Positions 41,089 to 51,615 are shown, counted from the stretch's first letter. The stretch is 64,000 nt of DNA from Microcoleus sp. (GCA_042408215.1 JAYFMW010000017.1:224001-288000); one strand, 5' to 3'. Translations and numbers: made by a program. Notes: generated from the letters alone by a model not told the origin.

Positions 41089-42531
41089 CTAATTAATCAT
41101 TCCTTCTAAAGCTGATTGTAAGTCTTGAGTGAGTTCGGCAACTGCTAACCTGCGGCTGCTTTGATATCCTTCCCAGCGATCGTCCACTGATATTGGCTCA
41201 CCCACGGTCATTTTTACTTGCTGTTTGCCCAAATTCGGTCGCCCGAAAGGATTTCCCCCTTTGATGCGAGCAAGTACGTCCCACAGCAGTAAAGTTGTTT
41301 CTGCTAGCCGTTCTGCGGTCAGCTTTTCTTGCACATACCTGCCGGTAACGGACACAAAACTTTCTACGAGTCTCATGTGCCACATCCGGAGACTTGCTTC
41401 TTCGGCGAGTCGATCGGCTAATCCTCTTTCTAAGGGACAAAGCGCTGCAATATCTTTGATATCTTCTCGATAAATATAGTCCCAACCTGCTTGTTCCAAA
41501 CGGCGACAGCGGTCTATCAAACTGCCTTTTGGCTTCAAGTTGAAATACTCTTCTGCTACAAGTAGTGCCACGTCTAAAAGTGCTTGCAACCGATCGTTCA
41601 TAACTTGTTCTTTTTCCGAATCTCCTGCTGTTGCCTTGGGGATTTCCACGGGTATCGAAACAGAGATTTTTGGCGGTAATTTTTGATGGTAAAAACGGGT
41701 ATAAAACTGCTCCATTACTTCTAGTAAATGGCTGCCCAATCGAATTAGGCGCATATATTGGAAGTTGTGATTTGGGTCTTGTGAACCTAAAATCTTCCTC
41801 GAAAAATTGGCGTTATTGCTACTATCCAATGGTGGCAATCCGCAATCTGCTTCTAATTGAGTTAAAAGTTGTTTTAGGGGTTCCCAAGGTGGCTGGACAT
41901 AGCGGTATTGAATGCCGATCGGCACAATTAACACTTTTTCATTTCTGTCAGCTTTACGCAGATCTTCAACGCACCAGAAGCCCATTTGAGCAATCCCTGG
42001 TTCGAGGGGGCTCACTATTTCATTGTGACCGTTGGTGGCACCTTCTGGGGCGGCGGCGATCGGGAATTTGCTATTAGCAAATAAATCGCGGGCCGATCGC
42101 AATCCAGCTCGATCGATCTTACCGCGAACGATCGGAGTGCCGCCGAGGTGGGAATACAGCCAGCCGACGCCCGCACCAGCCCAGAGGGGAATGCCGCGAT
42201 CGTAAATAAAGTGCGAATGTACGGGGAATTGCAGGGGAATGCCTTGTTGCCGCGCTGAAGCAGGAACCAGTTTCCAAACCAGTTGTCCCAAACAGTAGGG
42301 ATCCTCTGAGTTGGGGTGGCGGAAGGCTAGCAGGAAGCGAACTTTCTGATTTTGAAATTGGTGAAAGAGTTCGGCGAGGGTTTCGACGTTTTCGGCTTGA
42401 ATGTCGCTGATACTTGTCCGAAATCGCAGCCACCAGGGGAGCAATTGCTGACAGCCAAGCACTACTAGGGGGTTGTAGGCTGGGGGTATGAATTCTAGCG
42501 GCGGCTGAACTTGGCTAATTGAATTGGGCAT
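41089..42531 (-). CDS. Glycerolipid acyltransferase, PlsC family
   Basis: FRHPNSEDP (HX4D) and APEGATNG motifs. Confidence 0.85.
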   Translation of the reverse strand: MPNSISQVQPPLEFIPPAYNPLVVLGCQQLLPWWLRFRTSISDIQAENVETLAELFHQFQNQKVRFLLAFRHPNSEDPYCLGQLVWKLVPASARQQGIPLQFPVHSHFIYDRGIPLWAGAGVGWLYSHLGGTPIVRGKIDRAGLRSARDLFANSKFPIAAAPEGATNGHNEIVSPLEPGIAQMGFWCVEDLRKADRNEKVLIVPIGIQYRYVQPPWEPLKQLLTQLEADCGLPPLDSSNNANFSRKILGSQDPNHNFQYMRLIRLGSHLLEVMEQFYTRFYHQKLPPKISVSIPVEIPKATAGDSEKEQVMNDRLQALLDVALLVAEEYFNLKPKGSLIDRCRRLEQAGWDYIYREDIKDIAALCPLERGLADRLAEEASLRMWHMRLVESFVSVTGRYVQEKLTAERLAETTLLLWDVLARIKGGNPFGRPNLGKQQVKMTVGEPISVDDRWEGYQSSRRLAVAELTQDLQSALEGMIN

Positions 42532-42609
42532 TTGCGATTTGAGATTTGCGATTTGAGATTACTCGCCTGCGGTAAAAATTTCTGATTTTTACTTTTTTGC
42601 TATTCTAAT

Positions 42610-42642
42610 AGATACCCGACTTCTTAAAGAAGTCGGGTATCT
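42610..42642. repeat. Near-perfect REP-like palindrome
   Basis: agatacccgacttct-taa-agaagtcgggtatct. Confidence 0.75.
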
Positions 42643-42820
42643 GGGTATTCTGTTTTTTTAGATGCGCCTCAGCTTATTAACCACAGAGGACACAGAGGAC
42701 GCAGAGGAAAAGAGGAAGAAAGAAGATGGATAATTTTACAGCCTGAAGTCAGCAATTTTTCCCCAATCCTAAATCTCAAATCCCAAATCTCAAATCCTAT
42801 TGTGCGGCTTGAAAAATCAT

Positions 42821-43192
42821 AAAAAAAACTCGGTAAGTGGGAAACTCAGAGGCTTGAGCCTAGAGAGGAAAACAGCTCGGCGGTTTCAACCGCGTTGAAT
42901 CCCCAAAAGGGGTTGGAGGGGTATGGTTGCCCCTCCTTTCGAGGTATGGTTGCCTCGGTCTCCCTTGCGGGGTGATGTTAGCTTCGCCAAGGTTATAAGG
43001 GCTTGCGCCGGCTTGCAGCACTATCTCTGTTACCTTAAGACTGTTTAACCGCAAGCGACAGAGCAAGGGACTAGCTTCGCATCCACAGGGTGTCGTGACC
43101 CAAATAACGTAGTCAATGAAGACGATAGCTGGTCAGCATAACTTGCTCAATTACTCTTACAAGCTCAGTCCCTTTAGGGCTGGGTTGCTGAC
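42821..43192 (-). mobile_element. Non-autonomous IscB-type IS200/IS605 element (omega/HEARO RNA only), copy 2, inserted in the rnb 3' end
   Basis: Minus strand starts GTCAGCAACCCAGCCCTAAAGGGACTGAGCTTG and ends CTCAAGCCTCTGAGTTTCCCAC...TTTTTTTT before ATGA. Confidence 0.82.
42955..43192 (-). ncRNA. omegaRNA/HEARO-like scaffold
   Basis: Colinear with 33735-33971, with substitutions. Confidence 0.75.
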
Positions 43193-45175
43193 TTCTTGGA
43201 AATGAACTGCGTCCGATCGCGGATCGCAGTGCGTGACTTTGACTTCTAGTCGATCGCCTATTTCGATCGATCGACCAAATCGCATGGCTAATTCTAACCC
43301 CAATTCTTCCAACAAAATCAATCCCACATTACTGTCTTCCCGTAGCCAGCGCAGCATTAAAGCCTCCCAGACTTCATCCGGGTTGCGCCGCAAATATTCC
43401 AATCCCCAATAGCGGTTGGTTTGACGTTCAACGCTAGAGGCTTCTCTGACTGCGGTGCCGAGACACATGACTATTTCCTGCATTTCTTCAGCACAAAAAG
43501 GCAACGGTTCGCCTCGCAAGTGAGCTTTGATTTGAAAGTGAGTCAGCAAGTCGGTATAGCGGCGGATCGGAGAAGTAACTTGAGTGTATGCTTCCAAACC
43601 CAAACTCGAGTGCCTTCCGGGGGTCAGACCCATTTCGCTGCGGGGCATACAGCGACGCACGGCGCAAGCCCGGGCTGGCCCGGCGGGCACAGCTAGCAGT
43701 TCTTCTTCGGGAGGAAGTTCTGGCTGGGGCTGATAGCGGTAGGGTATGGGTAGGCTGTGAACCTGACCGTAACGCGCTGCGAGTTCCCCAGCTAAAATCA
43801 TCATTTCGGCTACTAGCAATCGGGCTGTGGAGTCGTCGATGACGTGGATTTTGATGTCGTCGCCGTTGACTTTGATGACGGATTCGGGCATGAAAATGCT
43901 GATGGCGCCTTGGGTTTCTCGCCATTTTTGTCGCAGTTTTGCCAAATCCGCGATCGCACCTATTTCCGGTTCTGCTTCGATTCCCAACTCCAACATCTCG
44001 TCTACATCATCGTAGGTTAAGCGGTAGGTAGGTTTCACCGTGCTGATATGAATGCTGTAATCTTGGAATGCACCAGCTTCATCTAAGATCACACTAAAGC
44101 TGAGAGCGCTGCACTCTTGACCTTGATTTAAGCTCATCGGCCCGGTTGCCAATTCTGGGGGAAACATTGGTATCATCCCCGTGGGCAGGTAAACTGTGGT
44201 GGTGCGCTTTCTGGCTTCGAGGTCGAGTTCGTCTCCGGGGGAGAGTAAGCGAGTCGGATCGGCGATGTGTATCCACAGGCGCTGCTGGCCGTTTTCGAGG
44301 AATTCTAAGCTCAGCCCGTCGTCTATTTCGGTAGTGCTTTCGTCGTCGATCGTGTAAACCTTGAGGTGAGTTAAATCTAGACGACTGGTTTCGGAGTCCC
44401 TTGGGGGATTTTCTAGGCAGCGTTGCGCCACTTCTAATACCTTGGCGGATAGTTGTAGGGGAATTTGGCTACGCCGCAAAAACAGGTTTTCGTGGTGACT
44501 CCACAAGTCGAGATCGACTAAGAGTTGAAAGGCTGCTTCGGGTGTTTCGGGACGTTCTAAGCTGGCTAAAGTTTCTAGGGCTGGGGTGCGGTGTGTTGCT
44601 TCTTCTCCGATGGTCGCAAATCGTTCTAGGGCGTCGAGGCGAGTTCGATCGCTATTTGCCCAATCTACTTTTTCTCCTGCTAGTCGCTGCTTGACTCGAT
44701 CCCAAAATCCTTGGGATTCTTGGTGTCGCTGCTGTTCTACTTCTTGCTGGTGTTTGATTTCGGCTACTTGGGCGACGGAACGCGGTTCGTATCGATCGCC
44801 CTTTTGTTTGAAATACAGTTTATCTGTTGACAGCAAACAATAAGCTGCGTAGCACTGAGCGGAACTTTTCTCGGAAAATAGCAGCACTGCTAAGGATTCC
44901 GGGTCTGCGGTTTCTCCGTCCCCGACTAGCAGTTCCCAAGCTACCTCAAGACTCGAAGGATCTGAGTAAACTTCTACTTCTTTGAGAAATTTTGGAATGT
45001 CGGAGGGTTTGTAGGTTTCTCCGGCTATTTCGTAGGTGATTTGTTTAGGCGGTATGCTGTGCGGTTGACTGTTTTCGTCTACCAACACCCAGTTTTTTTT
45101 GCCGTCGGGGCGATCGGCAACGGCTAGACGGCGGTCGCCGTGCAGTCTAAATTCTACTAAGGTTCCCTTGTCCAC
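43157..45175 (-). CDS. rnb: Exoribonuclease II/R (RNB family)
   Basis: YTIDDESTTEIDDGLS and YTQVTSPIRRYTDL; GTG start at 45175. Confidence 0.9.
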   Translation of the reverse strand: MDKGTLVEFRLHGDRRLAVADRPDGKKNWVLVDENSQPHSIPPKQITYEIAGETYKPSDIPKFLKEVEVYSDPSSLEVAWELLVGDGETADPESLAVLLFSEKSSAQCYAAYCLLSTDKLYFKQKGDRYEPRSVAQVAEIKHQQEVEQQRHQESQGFWDRVKQRLAGEKVDWANSDRTRLDALERFATIGEEATHRTPALETLASLERPETPEAAFQLLVDLDLWSHHENLFLRRSQIPLQLSAKVLEVAQRCLENPPRDSETSRLDLTHLKVYTIDDESTTEIDDGLSLEFLENGQQRLWIHIADPTRLLSPGDELDLEARKRTTTVYLPTGMIPMFPPELATGPMSLNQGQECSALSFSVILDEAGAFQDYSIHISTVKPTYRLTYDDVDEMLELGIEAEPEIGAIADLAKLRQKWRETQGAISIFMPESVIKVNGDDIKIHVIDDSTARLLVAEMMILAGELAARYGQVHSLPIPYRYQPQPELPPEEELLAVPAGPARACAVRRCMPRSEMGLTPGRHSSLGLEAYTQVTSPIRRYTDLLTHFQIKAHLRGEPLPFCAEEMQEIVMCLGTAVREASSVERQTNRYWGLEYLRRNPDEVWEALMLRWLREDSNVGLILLEELGLELAMRFGRSIEIGDRLEVKVTHCDPRSDAVHFQEVSNPALKGLSL

Positions 45176-45350
45176 TTGCCAGTTGTATATTTTATATTTT
45201 AGATTTTTACATTTGCCACTTGTCAAGTTTTGAGTTTGGGATTTTAGATTTTGGAGACTTGTATTTTTTCTGGTTAAATCACGTAAAAACGTTACTTTCG
45301 CCTAGCTTTTATGACCGTCCAAAATCTAAAATCTAAAATCCAAAATCCAG

Positions 45351-45566
45351 TTAACCTTCTTGGTTTACGAAGGGCATCAAAGCTACAATTCTTGCTCTTT
45401 TGATGCTTCTGGTCAGGTCTCGTTGCTGTTTTGCTGTCAAGCCTGTAATCCGCCTGGGCAGGATTTTACCCCGTTCTGTGACATATTTTTTGAGCAAATC
45501 GACATCTTTGTAGTCGATCGGATCTCCTGGTTTAATTGGCGAAACACGCCTGCGAAAGTAAGTCAT
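45351..45566 (-). CDS. rpsR: 30S ribosomal protein S18
   Basis: MTYFRRR...[26 protein letters not shown]. Confidence 0.97.
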   Translation of the reverse strand: MTYFRRRVSPIKPGDPIDYKDVDLLKKYVTERGKILPRRITGLTAKQQRDLTRSIKRARIVALMPFVNQEG

Positions 45567-45574
45567 GGTTTTTG

Positions 45575-45726
45575 GGTAATTGGTAATTGGGCATTGGGCA
45601 TTGGGCATTGGGCATTGGGCATTGGGCATTGGGCATTGGGCATTGGTTACTGGTAGCTCATCACAAATAACAAATAACTAATGACTAATGACTACTGACT
45701 AATGACTCATGACTAATGACTCATGA
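45575..45726. repeat. STRR heptamers (ttgggca and tgactaa)
   Basis: Directly visible between rpsR and rpmG. Confidence 0.9.
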
Positions 45727-45915
45727 CTACTTGATCTCTTTGTGATTCGTGTGCTTGTTGCAGTGGGGGCAGAACTTTTTGAGTTCTAGCCGGGCCGTCG
45801 TGTTGCGACGGTTTTTGGTGGTGGTGTACCGAGAAACGCCTTTCGAGCGTTTGCTTACGTTAGTTCGGCACTCAGTACACTCTAGGGTAATTATGATGCG
45901 GACGCCTTTAGCCAT
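45727..45915 (-). CDS. rpmG: 50S ribosomal protein L33
   Basis: ITLECTEC...[20 protein letters not shown]. Confidence 0.97.
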   Translation of the reverse strand: MAKGVRIIITLECTECRTNVSKRSKGVSRYTTTKNRRNTTARLELKKFCPHCNKHTNHKEIK

Positions 45916-45953
45916 AATTCTAAATAAATTTCGACTAATTTAAACACAATTTA

Positions 45954-46487
45954 TTATCTTCTCACATTGCTCTGCACTTGGTCAAGCAATCTTCTAATCT
46001 TGATGTCCAGGGAGTAGCCACGGCGGGTGCCGACGATGATCGTACCGGCGAGTCGATCGTGGAAAGCTTGGGGAAACCGAGCGGTGTCGGTGCAAGCACG
46101 GCTACAGTCGATCGCCAAGGGCAACATTAGCAGCAAAACACCAGCGTTGGTGGAGGTGAGTCCCCCTATACCTGCACAGGCTAGGGCCGCGCAGGCGCCA
46201 AGCAAAGCCTCGCGTTTGCACAGTTCTTGGAGGCCGGGAGTCCGTTGCAGTCTGGGGTCTACAATTTTGATGTCTACGGCCCAGCGGCCGAGACTTTGAC
46301 CTTGGTTTTTCCTGACGATGGCTACTCGCACGATCAGCCACAGCAGGATAAAAAATATGGTTTGGACGATCGGATTAGCGCCGAGAAGCAAGCTGGGCAG
46401 CCAAACGGCGATCGCGTCGATGCCTAAGGCACCGGCGCGACGGCCGATTGATACTTTGGGCTGGAGAGGAACTAGGTCGGAACTCAT
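45954..46487 (-). CDS. RDD-family membrane protein
   Basis: RRAGALGID, GQSLGRW and HDRLAGT motifs. Confidence 0.85.
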   Translation of the reverse strand: MSSDLVPLQPKVSIGRRAGALGIDAIAVWLPSLLLGANPIVQTIFFILLWLIVRVAIVRKNQGQSLGRWAVDIKIVDPRLQRTPGLQELCKREALLGACAALACAGIGGLTSTNAGVLLLMLPLAIDCSRACTDTARFPQAFHDRLAGTIIVGTRRGYSLDIKIRRLLDQVQSNVRR

Positions 46488-46546
46488 GGGCAAAAAAGAA
46501 TTACTTTGAAATGCGTAAGTCCTGTTTCTATCATAGCTGGTAAAAG

Positions 46547-46790
46547 TATAGTCATCTATTACAGTGCCATGGGAGGCGTTGAGTCCCTCCCCTTTCGCTT
46601 TCACTTCGAGCGGATTAACCCTTCTAAAGCTGAACTACGCAGCTCTCTATCAAGAGTGCTAAACGCATTTGGGATTGCTTTTCTCAAAATATTGTAAGAC
46701 CCGTTAACATCGGCGTTAATCAATCGACCCTTCTGACTATATGATACTACCATTGTCTATTGATGCTTACAATCTTAATGAAGTTTTACA
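46547..46790 (-). mobile_element. 3'-end remnant of an IS200/IS605 tnpB element (boundaries approximate)
   Basis: Minus strand encodes SQKGRLINADVNGSYNILRKAIPNAF (TnpB RuvC-III end), followed by the hairpin gggagggactcaacgcctccc. Confidence 0.7.
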
Positions 46791-46848
46791 ATACCTGAAA
46801 TCAAAGGGCTTGCAGCCGTGGGGCCTAGGGTCAAGGCGCAGCTACATA

Positions 46849-47133
46849 TTAATAAACTTCATCATGGCTTCCAATATCAACCAATAGAATGACCATTTCT
46901 AATAATTCCTCATCTTCAGAAAAAATAAAAATTATTCTGCAATCGTAAGCAACAGAACAAGACCATAATCCTGCCAAGTCCCCTCCTAACTTGTGAGACT
47001 TCAAAGATGGCGTAAATGGATCATCTGCCAAACGCCTTAACACCTTAGTAATTTGCTCCTTTAATTGTGGATTTTTCTTTGTAATCTTCTTGAAAGACCG
47101 ATTAAATCCACTACTCCAGACAACTTCCATCAT
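46849..47133 (-). CDS. RelE/YafQ-family mRNA interferase toxin
   Basis: LKSHKLGGDLAGLWSCSVAYDCRIIF...DIGSHDEVY. Confidence 0.88.
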   Translation of the reverse strand: MMEVVWSSGFNRSFKKITKKNPQLKEQITKVLRRLADDPFTPSLKSHKLGGDLAGLWSCSVAYDCRIIFIFSEDEELLEMVILLVDIGSHDEVY

Positions 47134-47341
47134 CATCTCCTAGTAAATCTGCGATCAAATCATCAACGGTTCCCCTCTTTGCTGTCCCATTCTTAAAAGC
47201 TTCCATCACTTCCTGAGCATTAGCCAAAATTTCAGCCCGCCGATTTTCAATCCGTCGCTTGCGGATTAACTCAAACAACTGATCCTGATCTTCTATTGAT
47301 AAACTTTCCACTTGATCGATAATTTCTTGTAAAGTCATCAT
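47111..47341 (-). CDS. Putative cognate antitoxin
   Basis: Overlaps the toxin start; acidic C-terminus GTVDDLIADLLGD. Confidence 0.7.
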   Translation of the reverse strand: MMTLQEIIDQVESLSIEDQDQLFELIRKRRIENRRAEILANAQEVMEAFKNGTAKRGTVDDLIADLLGDDDGSCLE

Positions 47342-47379
47342 ACAGACTCCTCTAAAGTAAAATTGACTAAAGATTACGC

Positions 47380-47663
47380 CTAGGCCAAAACCCGATTCTT
47401 AATCAAACGGCTTAATCCCTGTTCCGTCACAATATCTACCTTACAACCTAGCATATCTTGCAAATCCATCCATAGTCCCCCTGGGAACCAAGGCGAAATT
47501 TTCTGTAAATCATAATCCACCAACAGATCAATATCACTACTCTCAGTCTCCTCACCCCGCCGCCCACCGAACCAAACACCCACAAATTAAACGCCCCATG
47601 TCGCAGCGCCACTGCCAGAATATCCTCGCGCTTGGATTGTAATAACTGTTGTAACTTCATCAT
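47380..47663 (-). pseudogene. Frameshifted minimal nucleotidyltransferase (MNT)
   Basis: KREDIL...VFGS in one frame and GEETESSDIDLLVD...LGCKVDIV in another; no HEPN partner nearby. Confidence 0.8.
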
Positions 47664-47877
47664 AATATTTCCTCAAGCATCTGGATGATCTAGGGGTAGA
47701 TTGACACATGGCCGTAAATCAGCGACCTTTTTTTAATTCTGGCTCATAACCTTCTCTGCTAAACCAGTATTGTAACGGTTCATCAAAACGAGAGTTTAGG
47801 ATAGGTTCGTTTACTTCGTAGGTTATTTTTAGTAATTAGTAATTAGTCCTTGTGAATTGAGCAGCATATAATTTTTT

Positions 47878-48278
47878 TCATGCTTCATCTGACTCTTCAT
47901 CTGACTCTTCATCTGATGCTTCATCTGACTCTTGATCTGACTTTGCTCTTTTTATATCTAACATATCTAGCAATTTATCTAAACAAAACTCCGAATTAGC
48001 TGAGGCTTTTCTTTCAAAGAGATAAACATTTCTTGTGTAATCTATCAATTTGCCGGAATCTGTTTTACCATAATAATGTTCAGGGGTAACGCTAAATAAT
48101 TTCCAACCTCGACTTCCTAAGTTATTAAATAATGTAATACAGTCATCTTCCATCTTTATGTTATTTGTGTATGCCCCTCTAATTCTCAACCCATAAAAAC
48201 CATATTGTCAACCCCAAAAAATAGACAGTAATTCGTCATCGTAATAAACTATAATATATTCATATTGGGGCTTAATCA
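47878..48278 (-). pseudogene. Degraded hypothetical gene (DUF4177-like)
   Basis: NNLGSRGWKLFSV...YLFER core; the upstream part has an in-frame TGA and an apparent frameshift; 12-bp repeats at the 3' end. Confidence 0.4.
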
Positions 48279-48591
48279 CTATTGGTTATACCAAAGAGAG
48301 TAGTCCCCCTATAAATTCTTTGTTTTCTAAACAATTCTTGATTTTATCTGAAGTGTTCATAATAATACCCTCAAATGTTCAAATTTTTAATATCCTACAG
48401 ATCATTATCGCTTCTCAAGTTCACTCTACCAGAAAAAACCCTGGAAGGAGAATTGCGCGATCGCTCACTTTCAACAATCAACAGTATCTCACTTTTGCTG
48501 CATTACTGCATTAACCTGCAACAACTTGTAACAGCTCAACATTAGATAGCCACATAGGATACAGCGATCGCACATAGTCATGGCTTTAATT

Positions 48592-48966
48592 TCATTCTTT
48601 TGGCAAATTTGGATCTTCGCGACAAGTCGAGAGTGGTAATGCTTCACCACCTTGAATCATGAGAATCCTCATCTGACTGCTATCTACAACAACATTTAAA
48701 CAAGCACAGCTATATCCATAATTGCCATTGGTTCGCACAACTTCTTTGTCGTCACCGATGGGAATAGTTTCCATTCCTTCGGCTCGATATCCACCTTGGA
48801 TTGAAATAACCCAAGTGCCATCTCTGTCTTTTAAATACCAATTTGCTGGCGTGGGAACTTGCAACCATCCACACCTAGTTTCTGTCGCCTTAACAGGCAA
48901 AGCTATGACAGAAATAAATGAGATTATAGCCAGTATAAACAAGCTTCTTTTCATAACTATAATCAT
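48592..48966 (-). CDS. Secreted DUF4087-like protein
   Basis: RCGWLQVPTPANWYLKDRDG.W and TNGNYGYSCAC. Confidence 0.75.
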   Translation of the reverse strand: MIIVMKRSLFILAIISFISVIALPVKATETRCGWLQVPTPANWYLKDRDGTWVISIQGGYRAEGMETIPIGDDKEVVRTNGNYGYSCACLNVVVDSSQMRILMIQGGEALPLSTCREDPNLPKE

Positions 48967-48970
48967 TTCA

Positions 48971-49576
48971 TCACCTTTTTGGCAAAGTATCACTACAACC
49001 AGCTTCTTTAAATTGTTGAAGCAACCGATTTCTATCCGCTTGGGAAATGTAACTCATTAATTTAGCTGGATCGACTAGCGGTTTAGGCCAAGCGTATTCG
49101 TAGATACCAGCTTGATTGTTGCTAGTGTTAATAAAAGTCACCCCTAAATAGTTGCCTTGTTGAACCAAAATCGTGCGTTCGCTTGTTCTGACTTGTTTAC
49201 CAGAGATAGTTCCTTGAGCAAAACTTATCCCGATGTCATTGGCTGTGGGAATAAAAGTTTCTATAATACAAACTTTACCTTTAATAGTTGAAGGGTAAAT
49301 ATTTTGTGTTTCTTCTAGCGCCGTCCATTGACCGAGAAAAGGTGCTACATCAGGATTAACTGGCAACCAAGCTCTAACAAATGCTTGCAATTTATGAGTC
49401 TCATTTTCATTACGGCGATCTCGAATATAAAAATCACGATTTCCTGGCGACGGCGAAGCCACAAAACTGAGAAACTGCTTCATTAATTGCTGTAATTCAT
49501 TTTCAGTTGGGTATCGTTTAGATTGTTGTGCAATAATTGGTAAACAGCAACCCAAAATTATAAAATTCACCATCAA
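48971..49576 (-). CDS. Hypothetical, probably secreted protein
   Basis: 201-aa ORF with a hydrophobic N-terminus; abuts the downstream gene. Confidence 0.65.
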   Translation of the reverse strand: MMVNFIILGCCLPIIAQQSKRYPTENELQQLMKQFLSFVASPSPGNRDFYIRDRRNENETHKLQAFVRAWLPVNPDVAPFLGQWTALEETQNIYPSTIKGKVCIIETFIPTANDIGISFAQGTISGKQVRTSERTILVQQGNYLGVTFINTSNNQAGIYEYAWPKPLVDPAKLMSYISQADRNRLLQQFKEAGCSDTLPKR

Positions 49577-49676
49577 GGCTATTAGGCGGCGTTTTTTTCA
49601 TAAGTAATACTTTCAAGTTCTGTTAACCCTTAGTTTACCAGCAAATCAGCACATATCCTCCTTGCTCATAAAACCT

Positions 49677-50363
49677 ATGTATAAGCCACCAATCGCACAA
49701 CCCCAACTCGATCGCACTGTGCTAAGTAAAATATACGCGATAGCCAAAAAAGTAGAGCGTCACAATTTGGCAAAACTAATAACCTGTGCGATTATATTAC
49801 TGCCTGCAAACCTCGCTTTTTCTACACCTATTTACTTGGGTAGCACAGCAAGTGCTGAGGCTGACAGCGCTAAATTTACTCAAAAGATTAACATCATCTT
49901 GGCTCAAGACAGCACCCAGTTACCGCTGAGCGTTCGGTATGGTGGCACAGAAGCTAGGGGAGGCTTTGTCCTCATGCAGCTTACAGTACCTGATCAAGAT
50001 ACAACTCAACCGGCTTACGGTGGCAAGCTTCGTCTCTACGATGTTCATCTTGCCAAAATGTTTGAAACTTCCCATTTTTTGTGCCAGCAATTTAGAGGCG
50101 TTTCCGGTTATGAATGGGTTTATTCAGCAGGTAATGGAAGTATTCGCATGGGAAACTTTAGAATTTCCTGTAGTTTAGCTAACGAAATGGCTTCAACCTA
50201 CGGTTTAGGTAAGTCAGAACGCACAAGTATTGCCAAAGATACGGAGGGAGGTACTCCCGAATCAGATGTCTATTCTATTCCGATCTTAGACATTAGGGGT
50301 TCTAAGATTCAGCGGTGGATTAATTTTGTGCAAAATTTTAAACCAACGAGCAGGTCGCTGTAG
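49677..50363 (+). CDS. Hypothetical protein, possibly exported
   Basis: Long ORF with a hydrophobic segment near the N-terminus; start uncertain. Confidence 0.6.
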   Translation: MYKPPIAQPQLDRTVLSKIYAIAKKVERHNLAKLITCAIILLPANLAFSTPIYLGSTASAEADSAKFTQKINIILAQDSTQLPLSVRYGGTEARGGFVLMQLTVPDQDTTQPAYGGKLRLYDVHLAKMFETSHFLCQQFRGVSGYEWVYSAGNGSIRMGNFRISCSLANEMASTYGLGKSERTSIAKDTEGGTPESDVYSIPILDIRGSKIQRWINFVQNFKPTSRSL

Positions 50364-50418
50364 CAACCTGCCCAAAAATTGTGATTGGTTACAAAACTCT
50401 ACGTCTTGTCCTAATTTT

Positions 50419-50444
50419 GGGGGTATTTCGGCTATACCCCTTTT
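50419..50444. terminator. Hairpin between convergent genes
   Basis: ggggtat-ttcggct-atacccc followed by tttt. Confidence 0.5.
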
Positions 50445-51615
50445 AGCTGGTTGATTGACTAATATGTTTTATTTTTTTCTGAACTTTTGCTATCTGCCCA
50501 GGTTCAATTTCACTCATATTAACAACTTCAGAATTACTATCAATAATTAGTTTATTAATATTAATATTAAACTTATTTTCTGTATCCCATATAAGTTCCG
50601 TATTTTTTTCAGTATAGATATTTCTTGCAGCTTGGTATTTTGATAAAAATTCCTTAATATCTTTAATCTCTTCGGGAGAATTTGTGCGAATAGTTACATA
50701 ATAGCAAGCATCTTGTTTTTCTTTTTCACTCAATTTTTCAATATGTTTGAAATTTGTAAAACCACTCTCCTTTTGCTGAAAAGAATAATATCCATTTTCC
50801 AACTGGGGAAAAAAGTTCGGTTCTAGTTGAAGTTCTTTTTTGCCCACTATCTTACCTTCAAAGAAACTACCTGAATTTGAGTTAATAGAATTTCGCAAAA
50901 CTAAAGATATGTTTGTCATATTACTAATAATTTTAGGATTATCGTCATTAAAAAGCAAATGAAAGACGGTGGTGTTGTTAGTATTTCCAGCTAAACCGGT
51001 AGATGATATATTTTTCTCGTCTAACCATGACTCAAGATATAAAAAAGTTGGTTCTTGCCTTTGAGCATTTTTATATACTTCTGCTAATTTAGGATTAACT
51101 TTATGACATTGATCTTTGATCTTAACAAGCAAGTCTTTTACTTCTCGATATATTCTGTTACTTCTATCAACTAAAATCTCAAGAGATGTTTCAATGTTGA
51201 TGCCAGACAGTGCTCTCTTAGTCCAATTATGACTACCTATCCAAATACTTGCTTGTTTATTAGGAAGGTCAAACAAAAGAATCTTAGAATGCAAGAGATG
51301 ATTGTCCATAAATTTATCATACTCTGGGCTCTTCTTATCTTCTTTAGGTAAAGACTGAGTATGGAAATATACAGTCTTTGTTTTGTCCGCAATTTGACAT
51401 ACCATATCAACATTTGTTGGAAGAGATATATCAATACAAGCGAATGAATCTCCCTTAGTTAAGAGATTTACTAAATCAGAAGAAAAATACTTCTCACTTA
51501 TTGTCCAATAGGCCACAGACATTTGAAGACACTCCGCTTGCTTAATAAGCTCATTTAATCTTGGCCTTACGCTGTTATGTAATATTGTACTATATAAGTT
51601 AGTTTGAATTGACAT
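50443..51615 (-). CDS. Phospholipase-D-family (HKD) nuclease-domain protein
   Basis: HSKILLFD and IWIGSHNWT..ALSG.NIE; very AT-rich. Confidence 0.75.
   Translation of the reverse strand: MSIQTNLYSTILHNSVRPRLNELIKQAECLQMSVAYWTISEKYFSSDLVNLLTKGDSFACIDISLPTNVDMVCQIADKTKTVYFHTQSLPKEDKKSPEYDKFMDNHLLHSKILLFDLPNKQASIWIGSHNWTKRALSGINIETSLEILVDRSNRIYREVKDLLVKIKDQCHKVNPKLAEVYKNAQRQEPTFLYLESWLDEKNISSTGLAGNTNNTTVFHLLFNDDNPKIISNMTNISLVLRNSINSNSGSFFEGKIVGKKELQLEPNFFPQLENGYYSFQQKESGFTNFKHIEKLSEKEKQDACYYVTIRTNSPEEIKDIKEFLSKYQAARNIYTEKNTELIWDTENKFNININKLIIDSNSEVVNMSEIEPGQIAKVQKKIKHISQSTS

Noticed and set aside
40655..41092. ORFs rich in GIGNWEL or PIPNSQF
   Set aside because: These are translations of the stop-free 7-bp STRR tract, not genes
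45567..45629. N-terminal extension of RpsR (similar over-extensions in psaA, ictB, rnb, RDD and the XRE ORFs)
   Set aside because: ORF-caller over-extension; family-consistent starts lie downstream
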